Below are positions 46,163 to 55,035 of a stretch of DNA of 64,000 nt, piece by piece. Made by a program: the position numbers and the translations under genes. The notes beneath the pieces are model-generated. The model was not told the DNA's origin. It was given only the letters and a program-made list of their open reading frames with translations, and made no database searches. The stretch lies in contig CAZHPZ010000002.1 of assembly GCA_964534905.1 (NCBI GenBank), forward strand, positions 3,745 to 67,744. Reading direction: 5' to 3'. Positions within the stretch are counted from its first letter, which is position 1. Every line of letters begins with the position of its first letter. Origin of the DNA: an uncultured Lachnospiraceae bacterium. Its GTDB lineage: Bacteria > Bacillota > Clostridia > Oscillospirales > CAG-272.

Positions 46163-47047
46163 TTATTCGATATCCTCAACTACGCTTTCCGGAGGATTTT
46201 CAAGCACGTGCGGATTTTCAAAAATCTTCTTCATCATTTTAAACGAGGATGCGTAATAATACCCGTCACAGATACGCTCGTCGGTAGTAACCTTCATTTC
46301 GATATATCTGTATTTTTGAACGCTTCCGTCATCGTCCATCTTAACTCCGTGCTGCTTAGCTCCGTAAGCAACAAATACGGGAAGATTTCCAAAGTCGTAA
46401 ATATGGTGATAGATAGGTCTTATTCCAAGCGAGCCCATAGATGTAATTATCATTGAGCCGTGGAACGGCGAAAGATCCGTAATGAACTTAGGCAATATGC
46501 CATAGTAATCAAGCTTTTTAATAAACCAGATGAAAAATCTCATAAGGAATCTCGGAATATAATTAAGAACCTTTGCAAACTTATCAACACTGTTTGCGGT
46601 GTCCTCTCCCTTATTCTCCTCTATAACCTTATTAAATTTCTCGTAAACGTCATATACGGTATCGGTAGGCTCAAACTCAACCTTGATGCAAGCTTCCTCG
46701 GCATCAAGAGCCATCTTCTTTTTGATGGTCATAAGAACCTCGATATTGTTTCTCGCATATATTGTCTGTCCGCTGACGAATCTGTTGATTGCCGGTCTCT
46801 GCGAAACAACTCTTACATATGCGGCGATAATAACATGAAGAAGTGTGAAATTCTTTCTTCCGTCTCTTATCTGCTCTCGGCAGAACTTCTCCGCCTCCGT
46901 GATATCAAGCTTTTCAGTAAAGAAGTTTTGCGAATCGCTTCTTCTGGGCATGATAAACGGGGTAATCCTCAAAATAGGATCTATACTTCTGAGCTTTCTA
47001 CCGTCTCTGCGGTCGCCGAGGCGACGCTTAATTTTCTTTTCAGACAT
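46163..47047 (-). CDS. stand-alone 2-oxoacid dehydrogenase E2-type acyltransferase catalytic-domain protein, with no lipoyl or E3-binding domains
   Basis: The C-terminus VTTDERICDGYYYASSFKMMKKIFENP aligns with the E2 DHRxxDG motif, and ITSMGSLG is upstream. GGAG lies upstream of ATG 47047. Confidence 0.7.
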   Translation of the reverse strand: MSEKKIKRRLGDRRDGRKLRSIDPILRITPFIMPRRSDSQNFFTEKLDITEAEKFCREQIRDGRKNFTLLHVIIAAYVRVVSQRPAINRFVSGQTIYARNNIEVLMTIKKKMALDAEEACIKVEFEPTDTVYDVYEKFNKVIEENKGEDTANSVDKFAKVLNYIPRFLMRFFIWFIKKLDYYGILPKFITDLSPFHGSMIITSMGSLGIRPIYHHIYDFGNLPVFVAYGAKQHGVKMDDDGSVQKYRYIEMKVTTDERICDGYYYASSFKMMKKIFENPHVLENPPESVVEDIE

Positions 47048-47154
47048 TTTATTCTCCAATCTTTTGGGCTGATACACAGCCGAGGGTCCAAAATCAATAT
47101 TCTGTTTTATGAATATTTATACTGCCACAGTCTTAGAACTTAACGGGTTTTTAG

Positions 47155-47183
47155 ATTATATCATACTTTTTCTGTTTTGTCAA
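47155..47183 (-). promoter_or_regulatory. consensus sigma-A promoter (TTGACA-17-TATAAT with an extended TGn)
   Basis: The minus strand reads TTGACA aaacagaaaaagtaTGa TATAAT, about 100 nt upstream of the E2-like gene. Confidence 0.6.
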
Positions 47184-47264
47184 ATGTTTTTTATTGGAAG
47201 CGATTTTTTGACATAAATTCATATTTTCTGCATAAAATTTCAAATTTTATCGTAAAGATTAATT

Positions 47265-48050
47265 TTATTGCTTCTTCTTATTTCTCGACTCCTTTATTCT
47301 TTTTTTAAGATTGCTCTTAAACTCTTTACTTTCGGAATAACGCTTCAGATGTTCCGTAATATTATGAGGCGTCTTAAAGGGAGAAAGCAAATGCGTCTTG
47401 ATCTTCTCACGTGAAAGCTCCTCCTTGATTTCAGCCTTGAGTCCGTCGTAGCTGATAACGGAATGTATTTCCTTTGCAAACTTCTTTACCTTATTAAGAA
47501 GCTGGATAGAATCCACAAGGTCAAGCACAAGTATACCGTAAAACATTCCCATAAGGAATACCGCAATTATCAGCCAATGCAGATGTATAAACTTATTTAC
47601 AAGCGAGTTTATAGGATCAAAAAGCAAAAAGTAAAAAAGTGCGCCCGCAACCGTCCATATAAGTGAGAAAAGCGGACATATTATTCCCTTATAGTTTCCC
47701 CATCTCGTGGAATAATCCCAGAGTCTTACCTTCATTCCCTTTATAAATATCAGACCGCCTATAAGCTCGATGAGCGTCATAAGCACTCCTATTCCGAGGG
47801 CGATAACAATATCAAACAGAAGCTTTGACGGAAAATACTCCTCAAACATCTTCATAAAATGTACAAATGTAAAAAGGCATACAACACCCGTTCCGTATAT
47901 AGGCAGGTACGGTCCTCGCAAGAATCCGGGGTTTATCCATTTCTTCATAGAAACAAATCTTCTGAAAAAAAGCTCAACCACCCATCCGACAACGGAAAAA
48001 AGCATAAACAAAAATGCAATAATTATAAAATAAAGCATATTTACAGACAT
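47265..48050 (-). CDS. polytopic membrane protein, CmpB/DUF1113-like (putative ABC-transporter type IV family)
   Basis: There are about six TM segments. The N-terminus FSVVGWVVELFFRRF...PGFLRGPYLPIYG is typical of that family. GGGAGG is present. The start lies 5 nt after the regulator stop. Confidence 0.7.
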   Translation of the reverse strand: MSVNMLYFIIIAFLFMLFSVVGWVVELFFRRFVSMKKWINPGFLRGPYLPIYGTGVVCLFTFVHFMKMFEEYFPSKLLFDIVIALGIGVLMTLIELIGGLIFIKGMKVRLWDYSTRWGNYKGIICPLFSLIWTVAGALFYFLLFDPINSLVNKFIHLHWLIIAVFLMGMFYGILVLDLVDSIQLLNKVKKFAKEIHSVISYDGLKAEIKEELSREKIKTHLLSPFKTPHNITEHLKRYSESKEFKSNLKKRIKESRNKKKQ

Positions 48051-48055
48051 ATATT

Positions 48056-48814
48056 TTACCTCCCTATATTATTTGCGCTCGAGTTCATCTCACATAACTG
48101 CTCTGAATTATTCGAACGCTTTTTCCTGTATTCACTCGGAAGCACGCCATATGCTTCCTTAAATGCAAGCGAAAATTTGCTTTGGCTCTCATATCCAACC
48201 TGTCCCGCAACATCGGATACGCTCATTTTACCGCCCTCCAAAAGCCTTGCGGCGAGCTCTATTCTATGCTGCCTTGTGTGTGCGGCAATGGAATCTCCGT
48301 ACGTCTCCTTGAACACACGCTTGAGTGACGTCGGATTTATAAGAAAATGTCTTGAAAGTTCCTCGATAGTAATTCTCTCCGATATATGCTCCGAGAGATA
48401 TTCATGAACCGACTCTGCAATATCTCTATCGGTAGCACCCGAAGATATCGCCTTTTGAGGACAGCTTATATCCATTATCTGCTCTATGCCGTCGTGGAGA
48501 AGTCCGCAAAGGTCACTGTTTGCCGCACTGTAATATACCTCCTTGCCATCACGTCTGCTCACAAGCAAGCCCGAATCACACATTATACGCAAATGATGCG
48601 AGACCGCCGGGCTTGACATATCAAGCATAGCGGCAATATTTATAACACACTCCTCGTCGTGACTCAATATCCAAAATATACGCAATCTCGTTATATCGGA
48701 CAGTTGCTTAAAAACATCGGCCACCGAATTGAATTTGGCAATATCCGATGCACGCTTATGCATTCCCTCTGCATTTTTCTCTCCGTGCCAGTGCGGAAGC
48801 TCAAATCTTTCCAT
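48056..48814 (-). CDS. fusion transcription factor with an N-terminal ArsR/SmtB-type wHTH and a C-terminal AraC/XylS-type double HTH
   Basis: The ArsR part is VFKQLSDITRLRIFWILSHDEECVINIAAMLDMSSPAVSHHLRIMCDSGLLVSRRDGKEVYY. The AraC part is ITIEELSRHFLINPTSLKRVFKE...SVSDVAGQVGYESQSKFSLAFKEAYGVLPSEYRK. Confidence 0.8.
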   Translation of the reverse strand: MERFELPHWHGEKNAEGMHKRASDIAKFNSVADVFKQLSDITRLRIFWILSHDEECVINIAAMLDMSSPAVSHHLRIMCDSGLLVSRRDGKEVYYSAANSDLCGLLHDGIEQIMDISCPQKAISSGATDRDIAESVHEYLSEHISERITIEELSRHFLINPTSLKRVFKETYGDSIAAHTRQHRIELAARLLEGGKMSVSDVAGQVGYESQSKFSLAFKEAYGVLPSEYRKKRSNNSEQLCEMNSSANNIGR

Positions 48815-48834
48815 ACATCCTCCTCTGTATTCTG

Positions 48835-48872
48835 TTCCTTTCGGAAATCAAATTATTCCTTTCGGAAATCAA
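48835..48872. repeat. two exact 17-bp direct repeats (TTCCTTTCGGAAATCAA) with a 21-bp period, a candidate operator
   Basis: The copies lie at 48835-48851 and 48856-48872. Each contains TTCC-N4-GGAA dyad symmetry. They sit between the divergent regulator gene and the metal-ATPase promoter. Confidence 0.6.
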
Positions 48873-48885
48873 GTACAAAATATTC

Positions 48886-48913
48886 TTGACTTTTTCTCTG
48901 CATTCATTATACT
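48886..48913 (+). promoter_or_regulatory. sigma-A promoter for the HMA/P-type ATPase operon (TTGACT-16-TATACT)
   Basis: The hexamers begin 13 nt downstream of the direct repeats and lie 60 nt upstream of ATG 48974. Confidence 0.45.
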
Positions 48914-48973
48914 ACAATTGCAACGATTAAACAAGTATTTAATTGAACTTTTTATGAACAAAGGAGAAATTTT

Positions 48974-49192
48974 ATGAAAAAGATTTATACTATTGAAGTG
49001 GACTGTGCAAATTGTGCTCTTCTGATGGAGGAGGCTACCAAAAAGACAGACGGAGTTATCGGCGCTAATGTGAATTTTATGACTCAGAAAATGAGCGTTG
49101 AGTTTAAAGACGGTGCAGATATCAAATCGGTTATGAAGAATGTTCTCAAGGCTTGCAAAAAGGTAGAGCCGGACTGTGAGATAGAGCTTTAA
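48974..49192 (+). CDS. stand-alone heavy-metal-associated (HMA) domain protein
   Basis: Length fits the beta-alpha-beta-beta-alpha-beta fold. The metal motif is VDCANCA (CxxC). AAAGGAG is present. Confidence 0.8.
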   Translation: MKKIYTIEVDCANCALLMEEATKKTDGVIGANVNFMTQKMSVEFKDGADIKSVMKNVLKACKKVEPDCEIEL

Positions 49193-49201
49193 GGTGATAT
49201 T

Positions 49202-51085
49202 ATGACTAAAAAGCAAAAAAAGATGCTTGTACGCATCATTATAAGTATTGTACTTCTCGTATTGCTTCAGTTGATTCCCATTGACGGAATACTTAAGCTT
49301 GTTCTCTATCTCATCGTATACCTCATAATCGGATACGACATATTAAGAAAAGCGTTCAAGGGTATCCTCAACAGACGATTTATTGACGAAAGCTTTCTTA
49401 TGACAGTTGCCACGATAGGTGCATTCGCTCTTGCCATATACACTCGCAGCGGAGACTACCTTGAGGGCATTGCCGTTATGCTGTTTTATCAGATTGGAGA
49501 ATGGTTTCAAAGCTATGCAGTCGGCAAAAGCCGAAAAAGCATCAGCACTCTTATGGATATTCGCCCCGATTACGCAAATATAGAATGTGATGGAAAGCTC
49601 GTACAGGTTGACCCGGACGAAGTAGAGATAGGAAGTATAATCGTTGTTCAGCCGGGCGAAAAAATCGCGATAGACGGCATAGTGATCTCGGGCAGCGGCA
49701 CCCTTGATACAAGTGCGCTAACCGGTGAAAGCCTTCCCCGTGACGTAAAGAAGGGAGACAGCGTTATCAGCGGTTGCATCAATATGAACGGCGTTTTAAA
49801 AATAAAAACAGTTAAGCAATTCGGTGAATCTACAGTTTCAAAAATTCTCGATTTGGTTGAAAACGCAAGCTCCAACAAATCCCGATCTGAAAATTTCATA
49901 TCACGTTTCGCTCGCATATACACCCCCGCAGTATGTATTTCCGCACTTGCGCTGACCATTATACCCCCGATATTCAGTCTTATATTCACGCAAAACGCCA
50001 ACCTCGGAATATGGCTCTACCGTGCACTTACTTTTTTGGTAGTAAGCTGCCCATGCGCACTCGTTATCAGCATTCCTCTGAGCTTTTTTGCCGGTATCGG
50101 CGGAGCAAGCAGCAGCGGTATTCTCATCAAGGGCTCTAACTATCTTGAAGCATTGGCTGACGCCAAATATGTTGTCTTCGACAAGACAGGAACACTGACC
50201 CGCGGTACATTTGAGGTGAGTGAAATCAACTGTCAACCCGCGGATAAGGATAAAATCATAGAATATGCCGCACTTGCCGAATGTGCTTCATCCCACCCGA
50301 TAAGCAAAAGTCTGCAAAAAGCATATGCCAAGGAAATAGACCGAACACGTGTTTCGGATATAAACGAAATAAGCGGTCACGGAATAAGTGCTTGCGTTGA
50401 CGGAGTGAGCGTTGCTTGCGGTAATACAAGACTTATGGATATGTTGAAAATCAGTTGCCCGAATCATACAGGCATAGGAACTGTTGTTCACGTAGCTATT
50501 GACGGCAAATATTTCGGTAACATCGTAATATCAGACGTTGTAAAGCCGACGTCCTCCAAGGCGATATCAATGCTTAAATCCGCAGGAATAAAAAAGACAG
50601 TTATGCTTACGGGAGATTCCAAATCCGTTGCAAGCAAGGTAGCAGAGACTCTCGGCATCGACGAAGTGAGAGCGGAGCTTCTTCCCTCCGACAAGGTGGA
50701 AAAGCTTGAGAGTTTAATTGCCGAAAAAGATGAAAAGGATAAGCTTATTTTCGTAGGCGACGGTATTAACGACGCACCCGTTCTTACACGTGCGGACATA
50801 GGAATAGCAATGGGCGCTATGGGGTCCGACGCCGCCATTGAAGCTGCAGATGTAGTGCTTATGGACGACGATCCTATGCAGATAGTCAAGGCAATAAAAA
50901 TATCGAAAAAATGCATTCGAATAGTAAGGCAGAATATCGTTTTCGCATTACTTGTAAAATTCGCCTGTCTTGCCCTCAGTGCCGTGGGCATTGCGAATAT
51001 GTGGCTTGCCATCTTCGCCGACGTCGGCGTAATGGTGCTTGCCGTATTGAATGCCGTTCGTGCATTAAGAGTAAAAAATCTGTAA
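49202..51085 (+). CDS. P1B-type heavy-metal-translocating ATPase, Zn/Cd/Pb-like signature
   Basis: The TM6 motif is SCPCALV and the phosphorylation site is DKTGTLT. TGES-type TGESLP and GDGINDAP are present. TM7 has a Lys (LLVKFACL) and TM8 has ADVGVMVLAVLNAVR (DxG), as in ZntA/CadA. There is no N-terminal HMA domain. Confidence 0.9.
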   Translation: MTKKQKKMLVRIIISIVLLVLLQLIPIDGILKLVLYLIVYLIIGYDILRKAFKGILNRRFIDESFLMTVATIGAFALAIYTRSGDYLEGIAVMLFYQIGEWFQSYAVGKSRKSISTLMDIRPDYANIECDGKLVQVDPDEVEIGSIIVVQPGEKIAIDGIVISGSGTLDTSALTGESLPRDVKKGDSVISGCINMNGVLKIKTVKQFGESTVSKILDLVENASSNKSRSENFISRFARIYTPAVCISALALTIIPPIFSLIFTQNANLGIWLYRALTFLVVSCPCALVISIPLSFFAGIGGASSSGILIKGSNYLEALADAKYVVFDKTGTLTRGTFEVSEINCQPADKDKIIEYAALAECASSHPISKSLQKAYAKEIDRTRVSDINEISGHGISACVDGVSVACGNTRLMDMLKISCPNHTGIGTVVHVAIDGKYFGNIVISDVVKPTSSKAISMLKSAGIKKTVMLTGDSKSVASKVAETLGIDEVRAELLPSDKVEKLESLIAEKDEKDKLIFVGDGINDAPVLTRADIGIAMGAMGSDAAIEAADVVLMDDDPMQIVKAIKISKKCIRIVRQNIVFALLVKFACLALSAVGIANMWLAIFADVGVMVLAVLNAVRALRVKNL

Positions 51086-51091
51086 TAAAAC

Positions 51092-51137
51092 AAATATAGC
51101 GAAGAGATTTCATCTGAAATTTCTTCGCTATATTTTT
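51092..51137. terminator. bidirectional terminator between the ATPase gene and pilB
   Basis: ATATAGCGAAGAGATTTCA-TC-TGAAATTTCTTCGCTATAT, a 19-bp stem with one mismatch, followed by a T-run. Confidence 0.75.
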
Positions 51138-51138
51138 A

Positions 51139-52806
51139 TCATCTTCTTTTAACTATATCAACGAGCTGATCATATTCTTCAAGGCTCGTCTGTCCCATAA
51201 CAACACGTTCACGTGTATGGCTGAGGACGGTAGTCATATCTCTCTTGACTATCTCTCCGACCTTTTCGCTTGTAAAATCATCGGACATAATGATATCCTT
51301 TATTTCATCAGTCAATACCATAATCTCAAATACGCCAACTCGTCCGAGATATCCCGTATTATTGCAATACGGACAGCCGACAGCCTCGTATATTTCGACA
51401 GGCTCGCTAAGTTCAAGAATATCCATTTCCGCAGGATTTGTCATCTTCGCTCTCTTACATTTCGGGCAGAGCTTACGCACAAGTCTCTGAGAAATCGCAC
51501 CGAGAAGCGAGTCGGCAACAAGATACTTGGGAATTCCCATATTTATAAGTCTTGTTATAACGCCTGCCGCATCGTTAGTATGTATGGAGGAAAGCACAAG
51601 GTGTCCTGTAATAGCGGCTCTTGTCGCTATTTGAGCAGTCTCCTCGTCGCGTATCTCACCTATCATTATAACGTTAGGGTCCTGACGCAAAAAGCTTCGA
51701 AGTGCCGCGGCAAATGTAAGATTTGCCTTTGGGTTTACCTGCACCTGATTTATTCCGACTATCTCATTCTCTACGGGGTCCTCTACCGTCATAATATTGG
51801 TATCCTCTTTTGCAAGGTAACGCAGAAACGCATAAAGTGTAGTCGATTTACCGCTTCCCGTAGGACCTGTAAGCAGGATAATACCGTGGGGACGCGTGAT
51901 CATACTCATAATAAGCTCTCTTTGCTTGTCGGAAAATCCGAGTGACGATATATCGCTTGAGCTGAAATCGCGGCTGTATATACGTATTACTATCTTCTCA
52001 CCGTGAATTGTGGGAATGGTCGAAACACGGAAATCATAGGGCGTTCCCTCAATGTTAAGGCTTATCTTACCGTCCTGAGGTACTCTGCGCTCCGCTATAT
52101 TAAGCTCGGACATTATCTTATATCTCGCCAAAATAGCGGGATATATCTGCGGCGAAAGCTCATCTATCTTTTGAAGCTTACCGTCTACACGAAAACGAAC
52201 AAATACAGTCTTTGAAAAAGGCTCGATATGTATATCACTCGCACCTCGTGTAATCGCATCAATAAGAATAGAATCGCAAAGCTTGATAACGGGTGCGTCG
52301 ATCGGTGCATCCGGGTCAACGTCGTCATTCACGGAGTCATTCTTGATATACTCATTCATAACCTCGTCCTGCTGGATTTTGTTATTGCTGTAATCAAGAA
52401 TTCTCTTCATTTGAGAGGGGGGGCTGATTATAAATTCAAGCTTTTTTGCTCCGTAGCCTATCAGCTCGTGAAGCTCCTCTATTCTGAAGGGATTTGAGCA
52501 CAAAACGGTTAACACATCCCCCTTTTGCTCAAAGGGCACGCCCTGATATTCAAGCAATATATCACGTGGATACTGCTTAACAAAATCAAGACTTATCTCG
52601 GAAAGCTGACAAAATCTGTACTCAAGTCCGAGAAATCCGGCAAGTGCACGGTAAATTTTCTCCTCTTCCGCATATCCGTCGTTTATAATCTGTGTATACA
52701 CGGGGATGCTCAAGGCATCTGCCTTAAATCCGCAGTTCTTTGCAACATCCTCGGGTAAAATCACTTCATCAATAAGATACTGTGTAAATAATCTGTTAAA
52801 TATCAT
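51139..52806 (-). CDS. pilB: type IV pilus/T2SS assembly ATPase (PilB/GspE family)
   Basis: An N-terminal T2SSE_N-like domain is present. Walker A is LLTGPTGSGKSTT, Walker B is IMIGEIRD and the His box is GHLVLSSIHTNDA. A tetracysteine motif (CPKCK...CPYCNNTGY) is present. Confidence 0.92.
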   Translation of the reverse strand: MIFNRLFTQYLIDEVILPEDVAKNCGFKADALSIPVYTQIINDGYAEEEKIYRALAGFLGLEYRFCQLSEISLDFVKQYPRDILLEYQGVPFEQKGDVLTVLCSNPFRIEELHELIGYGAKKLEFIISPPSQMKRILDYSNNKIQQDEVMNEYIKNDSVNDDVDPDAPIDAPVIKLCDSILIDAITRGASDIHIEPFSKTVFVRFRVDGKLQKIDELSPQIYPAILARYKIMSELNIAERRVPQDGKISLNIEGTPYDFRVSTIPTIHGEKIVIRIYSRDFSSSDISSLGFSDKQRELIMSMITRPHGIILLTGPTGSGKSTTLYAFLRYLAKEDTNIMTVEDPVENEIVGINQVQVNPKANLTFAAALRSFLRQDPNVIMIGEIRDEETAQIATRAAITGHLVLSSIHTNDAAGVITRLINMGIPKYLVADSLLGAISQRLVRKLCPKCKRAKMTNPAEMDILELSEPVEIYEAVGCPYCNNTGYLGRVGVFEIMVLTDEIKDIIMSDDFTSEKVGEIVKRDMTTVLSHTRERVVMGQTSLEEYDQLVDIVKRR

Positions 52807-52818
52807 TCGGACTCCTTA

Positions 52819-54027
52819 TCATCCAACGGCATTCATCATAGACATCATGGGAACGAGAACGGAGAGGATAACCAACATAACAACTCCGCCGAGCATTATT
52901 ATCGCCATAGGCTCTATTGCCGCCACTGCCTTTGCTATGCTCGATTCTACCTGCTCGTCGAAATATGAGCTTGTAGATTCAAGCACTTCCTCTATATTGC
53001 CGCTCTTTTCACCGACATTTATCATTTCCGTAAGCATCGACGGGAACAATCCCGTTGCTGCGATTGAGGGAGCGATTCTTCTTCCACGCTTGACCTCTTC
53101 AATGGTATAATCGAATTTTCTCGTAAAGACCTCATTACCGAGCATCTTTTTGAGATTTTCGAGAATATCTATCATATTCATTCCGCTTTCAAGCAAAATT
53201 ATAAATGCCCTTGAAAAGCGTGCCGTTATCAAATTCTTCTGAACCGTGGAAATCAAGGGAAGCTTAAGAGCCAATACGTCCTTTACGTATCTTCCCTTCT
53301 TAGTTTTGAAAAACATTACTATCGCAAAGACGATCGCCGCAGTTGCGGGAAGAATAATGAAGAAATAATTTTGCAGGAATTTGGATATTCCCATAACCAC
53401 CTGTGTAATCTTAGGCACTTCACCGCCGAGCTCGTTAATAGTAGACTCAAACTGCGGCAAAATAACAAGACACAAAAATATTACAACAATTATAACCATT
53501 GCGACAAGCAAGCAGGGATATACCATCGCACTTGACGCTTTTTTCTTTATTTTGCGGTCATTTTCATAATAGTCAGCCATATTCGTAAGCACCTTGTCAA
53601 GAGATCCCGATGCCTCGCCTATGCTTACCATACTGATAAAGAATCGAGGAAACACCTTCGGATGTTTTGCAAACGCATCGGAAAGCAAAACTCCCGATTC
53701 AACGTCGAGATAAACCGTTTTCAAAACGTTTCTGAACGGAACGCTGAATTTCTGATTATGAAGATTGTTAAGGCAATCGCTTATCGGTATTCCCGCCTTA
53801 AGCATTACCGAAAACTGTCTGAAAAACGTTATTACCTCATTGAACTTAATCTTACTGCTTACAGCAAAAAATTCGTTCTCCTTTTCCTCCTTTACAACGG
53901 AAAAACTAAGCATATGTATCTGGTCCTGACGGATCGTAGCACGAAGGCTCACCTCATCGCTCGCTTCTCGCAAAACGGTTTGATGCTGACCCGAGGAGTT
54001 TATAACCTTACACTTGTATAAAGGCAT
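52819..54027 (-). CDS. pilC: type IV pilus platform protein (PilC/GspF family)
   Basis: Two T2SSF repeats and three TM segments are present (FFRQFSVMLKAGIPI..., FSRAFIILLESGMNM...). Confidence 0.92.
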   Translation of the reverse strand: MPLYKCKVINSSGQHQTVLREASDEVSLRATIRQDQIHMLSFSVVKEEKENEFFAVSSKIKFNEVITFFRQFSVMLKAGIPISDCLNNLHNQKFSVPFRNVLKTVYLDVESGVLLSDAFAKHPKVFPRFFISMVSIGEASGSLDKVLTNMADYYENDRKIKKKASSAMVYPCLLVAMVIIVVIFLCLVILPQFESTINELGGEVPKITQVVMGISKFLQNYFFIILPATAAIVFAIVMFFKTKKGRYVKDVLALKLPLISTVQKNLITARFSRAFIILLESGMNMIDILENLKKMLGNEVFTRKFDYTIEEVKRGRRIAPSIAATGLFPSMLTEMINVGEKSGNIEEVLESTSSYFDEQVESSIAKAVAAIEPMAIIMLGGVVMLVILSVLVPMMSMMNAVG

Positions 54028-54827
54028 TAAATCACCATCCTCAAATAAAATTCCATTAATTTTTCACCGTATATAAGCATAATTCCTATACCCAAAAGTA
54101 AATACGGTCCAAACGCTATCTCCGCCTCACGCTCGCTCCTTGAGGCTCGTATTTTGATTATCTCTATCACGGAGCCGAGGAGAGTCGAAATCAAGATAGC
54201 GATAAGCAACGGAAACGCTCCTGTCGCAAGTCCGCCTATTCCTACAATCCAAACATCCCCAGAGCCGAGAGCATCCTTTCCGAGCATAAGGCGTGCCACA
54301 AGCTTAACAGCTCCGAAAAAACCGAAGCCGAGAGCCGCACCGCCGATATGATTCCAAATATTCGAATCAAACACAACAATACGGTAAATTGCAATAAAGG
54401 CTGCGACAACTCCGAATATAACAAGAGTTACGTTATATATATCGTGGGTTTCGTAATCTATATCCGCCATTATCACAAACAGAAACACAAGCATCATAAG
54501 CGCTATAAATATCGGCATATTCTCAAGAGATTGACCGTATTCCAAAAAGGCGCACATAAATCCGAGCCCTCCGAGAATTTCCGTCAAAAGCGACATAACG
54601 CCTATCTTTGCTTTGCAGTAACGGCATTTTCCGCCGAGAATTATCCAAGAAAATATCGGAATATTATCATATGCCTTGATATGCTTTTTACAGTTCGGAC
54701 AATAAGAATCCGGCTTAACTATTGACAAGCCCTTGGGCACGCGGTATGCCACCACTCCGCCGAAGCTTGCAAAGACGGCACCGAAAATAAATGCAAATAT
54801 CGAAAGAAAAATTTTAATTCCGTGCAT
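54027..54827 (-). CDS. pilD: prepilin peptidase (A24 family)
   Basis: The N-terminal Cys motif is CPNCKKHIKAYDNIPIFSWIILGGKCRYC. The catalytic Asp contexts are ADIDYETHDI and GSGDVWIVGIGG. Its stop overlaps the pilC start (TAATG). Confidence 0.92.
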   Translation of the reverse strand: MHGIKIFLSIFAFIFGAVFASFGGVVAYRVPKGLSIVKPDSYCPNCKKHIKAYDNIPIFSWIILGGKCRYCKAKIGVMSLLTEILGGLGFMCAFLEYGQSLENMPIFIALMMLVFLFVIMADIDYETHDIYNVTLVIFGVVAAFIAIYRIVVFDSNIWNHIGGAALGFGFFGAVKLVARLMLGKDALGSGDVWIVGIGGLATGAFPLLIAILISTLLGSVIEIIKIRASRSEREAEIAFGPYLLLGIGIMLIYGEKLMEFYLRMVI

Positions 54828-55035
54828 AATTTACTCCCTGTGGTGTATTAGGCTCCGAAGTTTGCACTATCGGAGTCGAAAATCCCGGCTTATCCTGAAG
54901 CTCGGACACTGATTTCTTTGCATAGGTATAATAACCGAATATCAAATTAAAGGCAGTTGTGATAGTAACCGTCATAACAAGACAGAGTATCATTACAACA
55001 GCAAGCACGTATCCCTTTTGCTTATTTTTTTTCAT
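54814..55035 (-). CDS. 73-aa single-TM protein in the pilus operon, possibly a minor-pilin-like or alignment component
   Basis: GGAGGAG lies 9 nt upstream of ATG 55035. MKKNKQKGYVLAVVMILCLVMTVTITTAF has a basic N-terminus followed by a TM segment, but no G|F..E cleavage motif. It overlaps both neighbours. Confidence 0.5.
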   Translation of the reverse strand: MKKNKQKGYVLAVVMILCLVMTVTITTAFNLIFGYYTYAKKSVSELQDKPGFSTPIVQTSEPNTPQGVNYARN

